This document shows positions 1 to 12,533 of a stretch of 64,000 nt of DNA, one piece after another. Source of the DNA: Octopus sinensis. Its lineage: Eukaryota. A program made the translations under genes and the position numbers. The DNA is taken from NCBI RefSeq assembly GCF_006345805.1, contig NC_043008.1, positions 25,234,001-25,298,000 on the forward strand, in the 5' to 3' direction. A model generated the notes under the pieces. It worked only from the letters and a program-made list of their open reading frames with translations. It made no database searches and was not told where the DNA came from. Every line of letters starts with the position of its first letter. The first letter of the stretch is position 1.

Positions 1-1439
1 ATCATTTATGTCTGCAAACAGATGTCTATAAGTGCAATGCATATTGCTTGATTATATGAAGAAAGATGCTTCAGGTAAGCAATTTTGCATTTACTGTTGC
101 TTTGTAGGAGGCCTCTGATATTTATCAGAAGAATTGGTGTGATTGCTGGCTTTGCAGCAATGTTGACCACCCTGGGTCCTATCATTTGTGGATGTCTTGT
201 GTGTGGGTGTGCATGGCTTAGTTTTACTTGCAACCATGTCAGTTGCTGCACTGTTTTTGTTCTACATTCAAAACCTTTGCTGTCCTATGGTTGTATAATA
301 TACATACTTACATATACATGCATACACATATACACACACATATGCACACACACACACACACATCAGAAAGAAAGAATGAACATGCACAAGTCTCATTACT
401 TTATTGCCCAGACCCTAAACATTTGAAATCTTTTTGTCATAAAAAATTATCTGAAACCTAAAGAATTTACATACCAAAGACATTTTACTTGCTTTCCATT
501 TCAATAAAAGAAAAATTGCCTAAGTAACAAAGCCTAGTGAATCATTAGAAGGAACACATTTATGCACACATTTTGTAGCTGATGTAATTAACATAGTGTT
601 TATGCTAAAAGAAATGAAAAACAGTTAGAAAAGAAAGTGACATCAATCTATGATCAACTCTGTATTTCTAAGTTTCTATTAAGTTTTTGTCATCAGCATA
701 TCATTTCATTCCAAATTAAATATTAGTATTTTATTATTACATGTTTTACAGCACTGATTGATCAAATCTTTAGTATCTTTTATTAGCCCACAGCAGAAAT
801 TCTGTACCAAGTGACTTGTGTTGTTTTATAGATACTTAATCCTAACAGTAAAGAGAAATCTTATCAAGATTTCATTCAGCAATCCTGATAAAAACAATAT
901 TGCTTCCAGTCTCTGGGGTTAGATATTTGCTTCCTCCAACCACCCTACTCTGTACTTCTAATCAATGTAGATCTGTCAGTAACGCTTTTGACATGCAAAT
1001 CACTGCAAATAGATTCAATCTCAGTGGTCTGATACAATTTGTCTGATTCTGTCAAAGCTAAAAGAACTGAGATAACTTTGGCATTGAATCTCAAATGGAC
1101 ATTAACTATGACATGTCTAAAGGGTATAGTTATAAGAATTCTCATGTTGGACTTCATGTAATATAGTTATTTTGTTTTAATTCTAAATAGTTTAGTGGTG
1201 ACAGTGTTGTTACTCATTGTTTATGGTATTCATATAAAAATCTAGTCATTTTGATTTTGATGGTTCATATCATATGAATATTTCCCAAAAACTTTAACAA
1301 AATAAGTCAAACAGAAATTTTGAAAAGTTTGAGGTAAAAATCTATAAAATATAAAAAAGACATTTCTTTTCAACTATGCAGAATAATCATCATGACATTT
1401 TTATTAATTTAAAATTGATATTGTCTAAAAATATAGATG

Positions 1440-1830
1440 TAGCAAAAATAAACCATGAAGATATAACTTAATACAATTCCCCTTGATTTTCTGGAATGTA
1501 ACTATACCAAGAACAGTAAATGGCACATTGAGACACTCAAAAAGCACAGACAAGCCATAAGAAGAAAGAGACCAAAAAAGAATCTAAAAATGGTCCATAT
1601 TCACCCTGACAATGTATAACCACATGCATATTTAGAAACATTATCAGGCAGTCAACAAACCACACTGTTCTCTGGTACTCCAGCCTGGATCTGGTACCCA
1701 ATAACTTCAACCTGTTTGATCAAATAAGTAAGGCATGTGTAAAATTTGAATGAAATTGGTTGTGTAGTTCTCAAGTTTTAGGGAAACAGACAGACAGACA
1801 CACATTCTCAGTTTTATATATATAGAGATA
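1440..1830 (+). mobile_element. Non-autonomous Helitron/Helentron-like (HINE/DINE-1-like) repeat
   Basis: Ends in aaatttgaatgaaattggttgtgtagttctcaag...(CAGA)n cacattctcagttttatatatatagagat; the same end recurs at 38505-38596. The (CAGA)n plus tatagat terminus resembles HINE-type elements. Left boundary approximate. Confidence 0.5.
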
Positions 1831-1934
1831 TATATATACACACATACTGGTGCAAACATGCTATCTTTGAGATAGTGTATTTTACATTGTATTATATATA
1901 CCCCTCGTTGTCATAACCGATGGGGTGCCACAAG

Positions 1935-2985
1935 TATATATATACCTAAGTATACATATAGAATGCAGTAATTAATAATGGAGCAGAAAAGTCTTTGTAT
2001 CTGATATGGAGTAGCTGAAATATTTGCAAACTTCATAGTCCAATAGTATTCATGGTCATCATGTGCTAAACCCAGTTTCATTGCAGCCACTTTGTAACTA
2101 TAGCAAACTACACCATTAATAATCCTCATATCTTTGAATGATGTAGCTCTGGCAATATATAATAAAGCTCTCAGATAGAACTTCTCTTGTTCCTTTTGTG
2201 AAACAAAGTAGATACGCCCAATTGAGTGTGTATTATTTTTTCTGAGATCTCACAATTTCTCACTATTATTCTTAATTCAGGGTAAACAGTAGAGTGTAAT
2301 GCACATGCAAATGAGTCGGCTGCTGATTCCTGGTTAACTCGCATCCATTCAGTGAGAGTGGATCTGTCATGTGCATGAATAACAATATCATCATTGTCAT
2401 TAAAGTAAATGCATTGCTATTGGGATAAATGAACTGTAGGCTGTTGGACTGCAGGATATGAACCATGTAATTTGAACCCTAGAATCCTTCAGACTGCCTC
2501 TGATGAAGATACATAGCAGCCATTGATATAATTTTCAATTTCAACTCGGTGTGTTTGTCTTGCTTTGGTTTGCCCACTAATATTGACTGTCACCCGATCA
2601 TGACCTTTATGAATATATTTGCCAATATATTTAACTCATTTTACAGATACACATATCTCTACATTACAATGATCCCCATATTTGACTGAAAAGAAGGGGG
2701 AATATGGTACTGCTGAATGATTATCTAGTTCAACAGTAGACTTTGTAAATGTAAAACCATTATTTCGATGTCAGTAAAGTGGATAGCCATTATAACTGGG
2801 TAATGTATTTTCCTGAAAGTTTTTAGGGAAATGTTTTTTACATTTCCCATCAACCATACATCTTACATTGGGTTATCATTTCCACATGGACCATGTAGCA
2901 TGCTTTTGGTGACATGTTGAAACAGAATTGGTTGTGCTTGTGAATTTGCAAGTTCTGCATAAACAAATTAATCATAATGCTTTGG
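1935..2985 (-). pseudogene. Helitron RepHel (Rep to helicase linker) relic with stops and frameshifts
   Basis: Minus-strand translation gives MLHGPCGNDNP, DGKCK..FPKNF, GYPLY, DNHSAVPYSPF, HCNVEICVSVK*VKYIGKYIHKGHDR, YVSSSEAV*RILGFKLH, VHL, IGRIYFV, FYLRALL, TSFKDMRIING and LGLAHDD, in the canonical Helitron order. Confidence 0.92.
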
Positions 2986-3016
2986 ATCTTTTTTTTAATT
3001 TAAGAACAAAAAGCCA

Positions 3017-3190
3017 TTAGATTCACTTCAACATTTAAATTTAATTTGCATCAAAATATTTTCGGCGCTCTGAAACTGTGAGCTGTTTACTGACAAAATT
3101 TCGTGCTGCATCTGCAGTGAACAGGTTGTGGTCTCAGAGCAACGGAAACATTTTGACACAAATTAAATTTAAATGTTGAAGTGAATCTAA
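3017..3190. mobile_element. Palindromic MITE
   Basis: ttagattcacttcaacatttaaatttaatttg at 3017 is the exact reverse complement of caaattaaatttaaatgttgaagtgaatctaa ending at 3190; the interior is also loosely self-complementary. Confidence 0.75.
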
Positions 3191-3299
3191 CACTTTTTTT
3201 GTTTCCTTTGAATGGCTAACAACTATTTTCGAAGCTGCAATTGCTATAGATATGTATATATACACGTATAATGTAAAGAAAGCACAAAAACTCTTGTGA

Positions 3300-3722
3300 A
3301 AAACAGCAACCCAGGGTTTTGTGGATGAAATATATATCAGATCAACTTTGACATGAAAAAAATTGGGAATAATGCAGAATTACACCTCTCCTGGAAAAAT
3401 GCCTTTTTTTGAAAAACTTTTTCAGATTTCTCCGTTTTAGATGTTGGAGATTACGAATATGCAAAAGAGAACATTTTTGAAAATTCAACCTCCAATGCCA
3501 CATACCACCACCACCAATTTAAAATTTTGAACATTTTTCGAAATTTCTTTTTTTAAAACCACGTTTTCCAAATTTAAAACCCTCATCTCAACTTTTCCTT
3601 TCCTTAAATTTTAAATTTTTCAAATTTCACCCAACACCTCTGGCGGACCTGGCGCACAGTCACTCCCCCTCACACACACGCACAGAAAACCAGACCTTTC
3701 TGATTGTTTTTATCAGCAGATT
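3300..3722 (+). mobile_element. Probable HINE-like non-autonomous element
   Basis: Ends cacacacgcacagaaaaccagacctttctgattgtttttatcagcagat, a terminus similar in style to those at 1830 and 34460. Boundaries approximate. Confidence 0.35.
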
Positions 3723-3834
3723 CCTATGTTTTCAATGACAGAGATTCCAAATATGTAAGAAACCACGTTTTCAAACTTTTAAATTAAATAAGAATATAAA
3801 TATGTATATAAAGCAATTTTGGTAGGAGTGGCTG

Positions 3835-4290
3835 TCTGTTGAGTGTCTACCTACACATGTGCGTAGGAGAATGGTCAGTAGAAATGTGTTTAGCTGGTAG
3901 TTTGAATGATGTGTATTTTGTGTGCAGTGTGTGTCTGTGTGTGTGTGTATATGGGTGCACGCGTGAAGTTGTGTGTGGGGGGTTGTGTCTGTGGAGTAAA
4001 TGTAAGTTACTCTGTGTGTGCTTGTATGTGCGTGTCTGTGCCCATGTATGTATAATTGTGAACGTGTGTGCGTGTATTTTGTGTGTATGCATGTGTATGC
4101 GTATGTGAAGGAGGGGTTGTGTGCAGAGGTATTTTTTGCTCATGTATGCGTGTATGTGTATGTGCGTGTAGTTGTGTGCATGTGTATATGTGTGTGTGAA
4201 CGTAGAGATCGGTGTCAAGTCATGTGTGCATTTTGTTGGGTGTATGCGCGTGTGCTTGTGTATGTATGTATGTGTGCGTGAATGTGTGTA
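3835..4290. repeat. Degenerate (GT/GTAT/GTGC)n cryptic microsatellite
   Basis: Continuous imperfect GT-rich repeats; source of the spurious His/Thr and Val/Cys ORFs. Confidence 0.9.
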
Positions 4291-4296
4291 CGTGTA

Positions 4297-4430
4297 TAAG
4301 TCTGCTTTCCATGCTGGCGTGGACTGGACGGTTTGACTGAAGACTGGTGAGACAGAAGCTGCACCAGGCTCAATCTGATCTGGCAATGTTTCTATAGCTG
4401 GATGCCCTTCCTAACACGAACCACTCCGAG
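4297..4430 (-). mobile_element. RTE-LINE-type 3' tail fragment
   Basis: Reverse complement of the sequence at 25910-26040 (ggagtggttggcgttaggaagggcatccagct...gtccaacccatgctagcatgga). Confidence 0.65.
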
Positions 4431-4454
4431 AAGCAGCAATTTTCCAATCCTACT

Positions 4455-4654
4455 CTTTTACTCTTTTAGTTGTTTCAGTCATTTGACTGCGGCCATGCTG
4501 GAGCACCGCCTTTAATCGAGCAACTCGACCCCGGGACTTATTCTTTGTAAGCCCAGTACTTATTCTATCGGACTCTTTTGTCGATCCGCTAAGTAACGGG
4601 GACATAAACACACCAGCATCGGTTGTCAAGGAATGCTATGGGGACAAACACACA

Positions 4655-4660
<6 letters not shown>
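4455..4660 (-). mobile_element. tRNA-derived SINE, 3' half
   Basis: ttttactcttttagttgtttcagtcatttgactgcggccatgctggagcaccgcc recurs at 39950, 46415 and 29035. Confidence 0.75.
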
Positions 4661-4694
<34 letters not shown>

Positions 4695-4699
<5 letters not shown>

Positions 4700-4985
4700 A
4701 GTTAATCCAAACAAGAAAACACAAAAAAACACAACAACGCGAGGACGTGGAACAAATATAGTATTATTGGACGCTCAGGAAAGAAGGAAAGAAGGAGGGT
4801 TTAACGTTTCGAGCGGGGCTCTTCGTCGGAAACATAAGAGAAGGAAAGATCCAGAGACGGGAAGACAGAGGAAAAAATCGCCAACGGTACACACAAAGTC
4901 ACATTTCGAAAGACCGGAAGGGAAAGGGGTGAAGAAAGATGTTTTCAAAGACAGAAGAGTAGTATAGTCAAAGACAGCGGAATGC
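4695..4985 (-). mobile_element. Penelope-like pseudo-LTR fragment
   Basis: Abuts a (TA)n tract and carries a minimal hammerhead motif (next feature), as PLE pLTRs do. Confidence 0.55.
4799..4833 (-). ncRNA. Minimal hammerhead ribozyme variant (CCGACGA core)
   Basis: Minus strand: GUUU-CCGACGA-A-GAGC-CCC-GCUC-GAAA-CG-UU-AAAC. Stem I 4 bp, stem II 4 bp, palindromic ACGU stem III. Confidence 0.6.
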
Positions 4986-4994
4986 TAGGAAGGG

Positions 4995-5913
4995 GAATGT
5001 GTGTGTAAGTGTGGATGTGTGCGTGCGCGGAGGTCTGCGTGTGCATGTGTGTGTGTGTATGTGTGCAATGATGACACGTGTGTGCGTGTATGCGTGTGTG
5101 TGTGTTTGTATGTGTGTGTGGTTGTAGCTGTAAACAACTGGCTAGTAGTAAGCTGGCTAGTTTGTAAGAATAAGGAGTGGTGTTTTTGTCCCTGCCACAG
5201 GTCAGTACTTTTAAGTGTGTGTGTGTGCGTGTATGTATATGTATCGTGTGTGTGTTTTGTTTGTAGTGTGTGTGTATGTATGTGTGTGTTCGTGTGTGTA
5301 TGCGTAGAGTTTGGGTGTGTGGCGAATAACTGTGCTTTGCTTAGTGTATGTGTGCGTGTGTGCTTGTACGTGCGTATGTGTGTATATATGTATGTATAAT
5401 TGTGTGCCGTGTGTATGGGAGGTATGTGTGGGTTCATTTGTGTGTGTGTATGTATGTGCGTGCGTGTAGTTGTGTGTGCGTTTTTATGTGTGTGTATGTA
5501 AGCGTATATGGATGTATATGCGTGTATCCGCGGGGTTGTGAGTTTTGGGTGTGTACATTGGTGTGCGTGTGTGCGTGCGTATGTGTGCGCATGTTTATGT
5601 GTGCGTATGTGTGTGTGTGTCTGTGCCTATATGTGTATGTGTGTGTGCGCGTGTAGGCATATATTGTGTGTATAATATGTATCGGTGTGTATGTGAATTT
5701 GTGTGTGTAGGTTTTTTGAGTTGTGTGGGCGTAATGTGCGTGCGTGTGCTTGTGTGCGTGTGTGCGCTTACGTGCATGTATGTGTGTGTATGTCTGTGCC
5801 CATGCGTGTATGAATGTGTGCGTATCTGTATGAGTATTGTTTTTTGGAGTTATATGTGGGCATCTGTGCTGGTGTGTGTGTTTGTACGTGTGTATGTGTG
5901 CGTGCGTGTATTG

Positions 5914-5946
<33 letters not shown>

Positions 5947-6040
5947 ACGTGCGTGCGAGTGAATGTATGTATACATGTGCGTATGTGTACAAATGTAGAG
6001 GTTTATATGTGTGCATATATATGTATGCAAGCACACACTT
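4995..6040. repeat. ~1-kb degenerate GT-rich cryptic satellite
   Basis: Imperfect gtgtgtgcgt/gtatgt repeats throughout. Confidence 0.9.
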
Positions 6041-6067
6041 TATAATTGAAAGATTGATGGAAAAAAA

Positions 6068-6237
6068 TTGGTATACGACGGGCTTCTGTCAGTTTCCGTC
6101 TACCAAATCCACTCACAAGGCTTTGGTCGGCCCGAGGCTATAGTAGAAGACACTTGCCCAAGGTGCCACGCAGTGGGACTGAACCCAGAACCATGTGGTT
6201 GGTAAACAAGCTACTTACCACACAGCTACTCCTGCGA
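6068..6237 (-). mobile_element. tRNA-derived SINE, 5' half with A/B-box head
   Basis: Minus strand reads gcaggagtagctgtgtggtaag...ggttctgggttcagtcccactgcgtggcaccttgggcaagtg, with a GGTTCAGTCC B-box-like motif. Copies at 23020, 26211, 37790 and 46680. Confidence 0.8.
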
Positions 6238-6266
6238 CCCTGTATATATATATATACATATATGTG

Positions 6267-7105
6267 CAGGGGTTGGACAAAATAATGGAAACACCTAGCA
6301 TCATAGCATCATAATTTTGAGATATCTATAAAACCATCAAAAGCTTATTTATTTTTATGTTTTTGATATGTTATTAGTGTTGCTTAATATGTTTTTGCTA
6401 AAATTGCTGTTTCTTTTCATGAGAAAAGTAATTAAAATTCATTAAAATGACAGATCTATCGGACTTTCAAAAAGGTCAAATTGTTGGTGCTCAAATGGCA
6501 GGTGCTAGCATAATGAAAATAGATGAAATGTTTGGTGTATCAAGAAGTACTCTCTCTTGAAACTAATGACAGCCTTTCAGAAAGAGGGAAAAACCTCCTC
6601 GTCGAAACAAAACTCCGAAAGAAAACCAAAACTTTCAAATAAAGACCGCCAGACTCTTATGTGAATTGTTAGAAAGGATCACAAAAGTACAGCTCCACAA
6701 ACTACTGCAGAGCTTAATGACCACCTCAAGAACCCAGTTTCCACCAGGAGCTGCACAAAGAAAACCACTACTTTAAAAAACAAATGTTGCAAAGCATTTA
6801 GAGTGGAGTCAAAACCTACAGAATTGGTGCCTAGAGCATTGGAAGAATGTTATTTTCTTTGACAAGTCATCCTTTACCTTATTTCCGACTACCGGCCAAG
6901 TATACGTGTGAAGACAGCTGAAAGAAGCATTTGACCCAGGTGCTTTCTTCCAACATGGAGGAGGATCTGTGATGATCTGGGGGTGGGGGGCTATATCTTG
7001 GAAATCCACTGGCTCAATGGTTTCCTTTCATGGCAGAATTGATAGTCAAGACTATTTAAGTATTTTATCTGATCAAATTCATCCTATGGTTGCAGAACTC
7101 TTTCT
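6267..7105 (+). mobile_element. Tc1-family transposon, 5' part (TIR plus disrupted transposase)
   Basis: CAGGGGTTGGACAAAATAATGGAAACACC TIR-like start. ATG at 6447 gives MTDLSDFQKGQIVGAQMAGAS; later F(D)KSSFTLFPTTGQVY and GGSVMIWG. Internally deleted. Confidence 0.9.
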
Positions 7106-7885
7106 GAACAAGCAGCTTTCCATACTTTCATTATTTTAATTGCACTATCTCACACATTACTGTTAATATGAATTGCTGGTTTCTCTATTGGTTCAACTTA
7201 GGGTAGACCCTATTTGTCTCATGCATTCTTCTTATTCCTCAACCTCTCATAATAGCACTTCTTGTTATCATCAATAAGGGCAAGTGGGTGTTTATCATTC
7301 TGGGTACACTTTTCTCAAATAACATTTCAGTTTATTTGACTCTGCCTAGCAACTGAAAACTCCTCAGATTTGTGATCCTTATATCTCAGGATATGCACGA
7401 ATCACCTAACTTTAGTTTTGTCTCCCATATCATACCACCATCATATCACCCTTTGTCTGGTTAGGATCTTACATCTGTAACTCTCAGTAAATTATTTCAA
7501 AAGAACTCCCAATTGTAATCTAAGTTTCTGTCTCATTCATCCTTTTACCATGAAAGTCATATAGAATTTCTCAAAATCTGTGGAGTCTTTTAGTAGGTAT
7601 CACTATAGAGCTCTGTAGAAAGGAGACAAGCACCGTTTGACCACACAAAACCCACTTTTTGCTTGATCATTTTCATGTCAAAATACATTTTCTCTATGGG
7701 CAATTATATATCATTTGAAAGTTCTGGATATGAACTTTCTTCTCAAATACTTTTGATCAAAGTCCAACATGTATCGTGCCTGATTACCTCAGTCGCCCTA
7801 GTGTTTCCACCCATTCACAAAGTTTGTTACATTTTGTTTTTTTTTTTACTTCTGAATGGTAACCCTTGTTCTAGAGATTGTGAAA

Positions 7886-8476
7886 GTGAAAGCGGGGAGT
7901 AAAGTGTAGTGTCAGAATGAAACAGGGGATGCTAAGCTAAGAGAAATTAAGATAAGTTAGTATGAGTATGAGCTAAGGCACTTGTGAACATGATAAGAGG
8001 AATGACAGAGGGAATGAACAGGTAGAACAACATAACAACTGAGAAATTAGCAATTAAAGATGGAAAGACGAAAAGCTAAAAATGAAAAGTAGCATAATTG
8101 AAAAATTATGGAAAAATGAAAAAAAATTATGAAAAGCTGAGGTAGTGTGAAAGGGTGAGGTTTTAATAGATTACATAAGCTGTGAGGAGACCCTTAAAAT
8201 CCTTGTTTAAAATTCCAGAAATTGCCAAAGTCTAATGGTTTTATGAGAGTTAGAGAGATAAATAGAAAAATAGACAGACAGACAGCATCTCTCCGTCACT
8301 AATTGCAATTTTCTTAGTTGTCACTTTCTTTTACCATTCCATTCCTCCTGTCATTCCTGTCTTTATTCCTCCTATCATGTTCACAAGTGCCTTAACACAT
8401 ACTAACTTATCTTAACTTCTCTTAGCTTTGCCTCCTGTTTCTTTCTGACACTACACTTTACTCCCCCCACTTTCAC
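7886..8476. repeat. Foldback element with ~180-bp imperfect inverted arms
   Basis: ggggagtaaagtgtagtgtcagaa pairs with ttctgacactacactttactcccc; aaggcacttgtgaacatgata pairs with tatcatgttcacaagtgcctt. Confidence 0.75.
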
Positions 8477-8824
8477 CTCCCCAACCTCTCCTTCTAAAAG
8501 CGCTATCTTGTTGTCTCTCTGTACTGGACCACAACTATGTCGCCTGAAATACACCAACACATTAAACTCTATTTGTGTCAAAAATCATACAGTCATGAAG
8601 ATTTTTGTTGCTTTATTTTGATATATAAACTGATGGGGGTAGGTCACATAATCATTATGAAATATAAAAGTGAAAATTTTATTATTCATTTTCACTAAGA
8701 AAAGTACATATTTTCTTCAAGATTTTTATATCATGAGAAAGAAAAGATTCTTGTGAATTCAATACAGTCATTGCCAAAGAAAAATGACCACCTTGGTTTC
8801 AAGATGAAAGGTGTTCTTCCATCA

Positions 8825-9169
8825 GGGTAATACTCAGCCACATACAGTGAGGATGACATTCCAAAGGCTGGAGCATATTTGCCCGACATTGCCCCATCTG
8901 ATTATCATTTATTCAACTGTCTTCAAAATCCTTTGGACGGAAAAAATATGAATTCTATAGATGAGGTCAGAAAAGTACTGGAGGAGTATTTTCCATCATG
9001 GACGAGTGAATTTTAAAAGATAGATCTTGCAAATCTACTAGATAGATGGAAGAGCATTGAAAAAAATGAAGGAGAGTATATTTTAGATTAAAAAAGAACT
9101 TTTTTATCTTAATTTTGAAAATTAAAAGAAGTATAAAAAAAACTGCATTATTTAAGGAATGACCTAATA
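8825..9169 (+). mobile_element. Mariner transposase 3' remnant plus right TIR
   Basis: PDIAPSDYHLF motif, then RWKSI...EGEYILD*, then TIR-like gcattatttaaggaatgacctaata. Confidence 0.8.
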
Positions 9170-10489
9170 TTTTGTTGATAATTGAAGTCCAAAGTGATGT
9201 TTTCTTCCTGATTTTTAATACAGTTGGATAACTTGAGGTAAGTTTTACCTTTTCACAAGTAGTGTTCATTCATTTTGGGCTTTCTTTTTCTCTCTCTTCA
9301 ATTAACAAATTTGCTATAAGTTTCAGATGTTTTTGATGCCTTTAATTTATGTTTTAATGATAAAGCAAGGAATTTATTTTCATATTTTGTTTGTTTTTTA
9401 ATCTAAGTCAACATGCAACTCTGAGAAAGGTATCAGGTAGTCGTGCGATGTACTAGAACCAACAGCTAAATCTCCCTTAAATCACAACCCATTCATTTGA
9501 AAATATTTTCAAATTTTTTACGACAAAGGTTTCTCCTATCGAGAAAGAGGAAGAGTGGGTGAAAAAAAAATCATAAATATTCAAACACATTTTTCCCCCA
9601 TCATTTCCAAGGCCATAGTGAAAAGAAAATTGGAAAAGCTTCCTGTTAAAGGCAGAGAAAATCAACTAATGTGGACATTCCAATCCAAACCCCTACCATT
9701 TATAGCTATTTTTAATAGTTCATTAAAATTTTATTGAAATGGTACCATGTCACAAAACCTTATAATTTATTTAGTTCTATACCTACTACAAACATGCTGA
9801 AACTCAAATCCCTGTGGCTTGTACTTTTGGATTTAGTTTGGTCTGAAAACAGTGCACAATTGACTGACTGTTACATGCAATAAAATAGGCTTTACATGAA
9901 TATTTTTAAAATTGCTAAAAGTTTTATTGTCAAGAACCTGAAATCCCATATATTCTATATACAATTATTTTATTGTATAATTTAAAGATGATTATCACTG
10001 CAGTTTCAAAGATATGACATCACAAATATGGCTAATTATTCATTTCAGCCAATTAGAAAAGATTTTAACCAATTCACTGATCATTCAAATTGTCACACTT
10101 CCTAAAATATTCATCCTAATTTCACAAGTGAGGCATCGAAATGTTTCTTTTTGGATGAACTCCAAGAAAAAGTACACCAGAAGTTAGATTTAAATATTTT
10201 CAAAAATTCATAGTGATACCAACTTTTAGCTTTTGACTTCCTTCTCCAGATAGTCTTCTGTCTCTAGTCAACCTAATCGAATCTGAAGTCACCAACCACT
10301 GTTCTATGTTGGATAGTGCATTTTTCACCAGGAAAGAATAGCATTTACAATGGTCTGCCTGTCCCATTTCCTAGTGAGAAAAAAATTTAATTCATGTCTT
10401 CATAAGATTGGCACATGAAGAGGTTGATGGTTAGTTTCTTAAAATGTGTGTTGCATATAATTACAGCAGCTGTATCAGAATACTTCAAG

Positions 10490-10575
10490 AACCACCCAGA
10501 GCAATCACTTTCACTCCTAATTATGGCACATAGGTAACAAAAGCTATCTACTACATCTGGTAAGTTTGACAGGCA
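10490..10575 (-). mobile_element. RTE-type LINE RT remnant
   Basis: Minus frame VVDSFCYLCAIIRSESDCS resembles the RTE V.sF.YLG motif. Confidence 0.5.
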
Positions 10576-11629
10576 TTTAAGAGAATCTATTTTCAGCATA
10601 CACTTAGTGTTTATTGCTTCAGTGTATCGGCAACATACAAAACCTGATTTCTCTGTTATCCTCCCTGTGATCCCACTACAGCACTTATCCATTCATAGCT
10701 TGTACAAGACACAATATATAGAGTCCCTATTTACTCCCTTTCTGCATAGCAAGCAAAGCTATCTCCTTAATGGAACCAAGGTTCTATCTTCTTTTCTGCT
10801 TACTAACACATTTGTCTTTGCTAAGTTTACTTTGAGACCACTTGAGTCTAGGTTTTGCTTTCACATCTGGAATTTCTTCTCTAATTCTAGTAGATTCACC
10901 TGTCAGAGATAGATCATTAGCTTATGGGAGTTTCCATAGATAGCCAGATTTGAACTCCCTATTTCTTGCATCATAGTCAAAACTCCACTGACAACAACAA
11001 AAGCCTTCATCATGACAGATTTTTCACAACATGTAATATCTACTCATGATTAATACCAGCACAAATCATTATAGTTTCCTCAAATGACACAAGTACCCAT
11101 CATATGATAGAAAAGATATTCTTTGCACAGCAAAACCTGATTTACACATTTTGTACTTCATATTCAGGACAAGAAAATTTGTTGGTGTTTATAAAAGTAC
11201 AAAGATATCTTACATTAGAATTATCAACCAGCCATCTAATAGAATGCTCAGTGTGCACGCATGCTTTTTAGATCATGCTGAAGAAATGGCTGGCCAAGTT
11301 GGCATTCTTTTATTCATCCAAAGTAAGCATAGTTCAGTTTAAATCTTGAATACTGAACTATTTGCAAAAAAAAAACAAAAAGAAAAAAATTAACTAAAAT
11401 GGAAAGAAGCTTGTTTTCCAGAGCCCTTCACAAATTTTGAAAAACTGTTTGTTTCATGTGAGCATCTCCTGGGTATTCAGGCAACAAAGTCAAATTCAGA
11501 ATAACTTTCAAGAGCAGTATGTTTTTAATGACTGTAAACCCAATATTGGTTTTCTACTTCAATATCATACATGCAACACACACTCACCTTTTATCTTTCA
11601 GCACATATGGACAAGCTATAATAATCGAC

Positions 11630-11760
11630 TTTGCCTTTCATCCTTTCGGGGTCGATAAATTAAGTACCAGTTACGCATTGGGGCCGATGTAATCGACTTA
11701 ATTCGTTTGTCTGTCCTTGTTTGTCCCCTCTATGTTTAGCCCCTTGTGGGTAATAAAGAA
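11630..11760 (+). mobile_element. SINE body/3' fragment
   Basis: cctttcatcctttcggggtcgataaattaagtaccag is a recognisable SINE-domain-like motif. Confidence 0.55.
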
Positions 11761-12497
11761 ACATATAATAATTGTGCATTATAGAGTTTTCCATTCTCAA
11801 AAAAAAAAAAAAATTGAGAATGCCTCTTAAATTTTCTTTCTGGTCTGAACCTTTGTTAATAGTCTTTGACAAACTTTCTTCTGCGTTATAGCATACCAAA
11901 TGTATTTTGGTCCAACCCATGCTAGCATGGAAAACAGATATATGATGATGATTTTATGTCCATTTAAATCTATATTAACTAACAACCTAAAAGCTCACAT
12001 CTATTCGCAAAGATGCATATATATGGAGTTAAGAGCTAAGAATTTTCTGTCTCATATCCAGTACTGGTCAGCATTTTTCTAGTAATACAACTACTATTCC
12101 ATGTTCTCTTAATAATCGTTATATAATGTTCAGGTCTTGTCATTTATTGTAACTGATGCAGACATTTCTATTTAAACTCTATGCCAAATTGGACTTAACC
12201 TAATACTAAATAAGAATATATCTATATAATTTGCTGTATTCATCTATTTTCAACTGAAAATTCAAAGAAAATCTTAAATGTCCTTATCCCTATGTCTGAA
12301 AAGGTAAATGCATTGAAATTTGCAAAGGGCAAGTATATATAGACTTTGCATTTTAAATGAAACAAATTCCATTAATCATTTCTACAAATGAATTATTAAA
12401 AAAAAAAATACTGTATTTATGTCCTTTTGAAACAAATCTGTTCATCGTATATTTGAGTGTGCAAGTGTGTGTGTAAATATATGTTTATGAGAGCACA

Positions 12498-12533
<36 letters not shown>

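Noticed and set aside
85-426. Transporter-like hydrophobic ORF (IGVIAGFAAMLTTLGPIICG)
   Set aside because: Weak resemblance only; it runs into (CA)n and the implied upstream intron would be ~33 nt.
945-1157. Continuation of the Helitron helicase (NMR motif)
   Set aside because: No other PIF1 motifs in the expected positions.
3839-6143. Long His/Thr- and Val/Cys-rich ORFs
   Set aside because: Translations of (CA)/(GT) microsatellite; open on both strands; no coding signal.
11278-11320. CTGAAGA as a hammerhead core
   Set aside because: A stem II can be drawn, but there is no GAAA, stem III or stem I.
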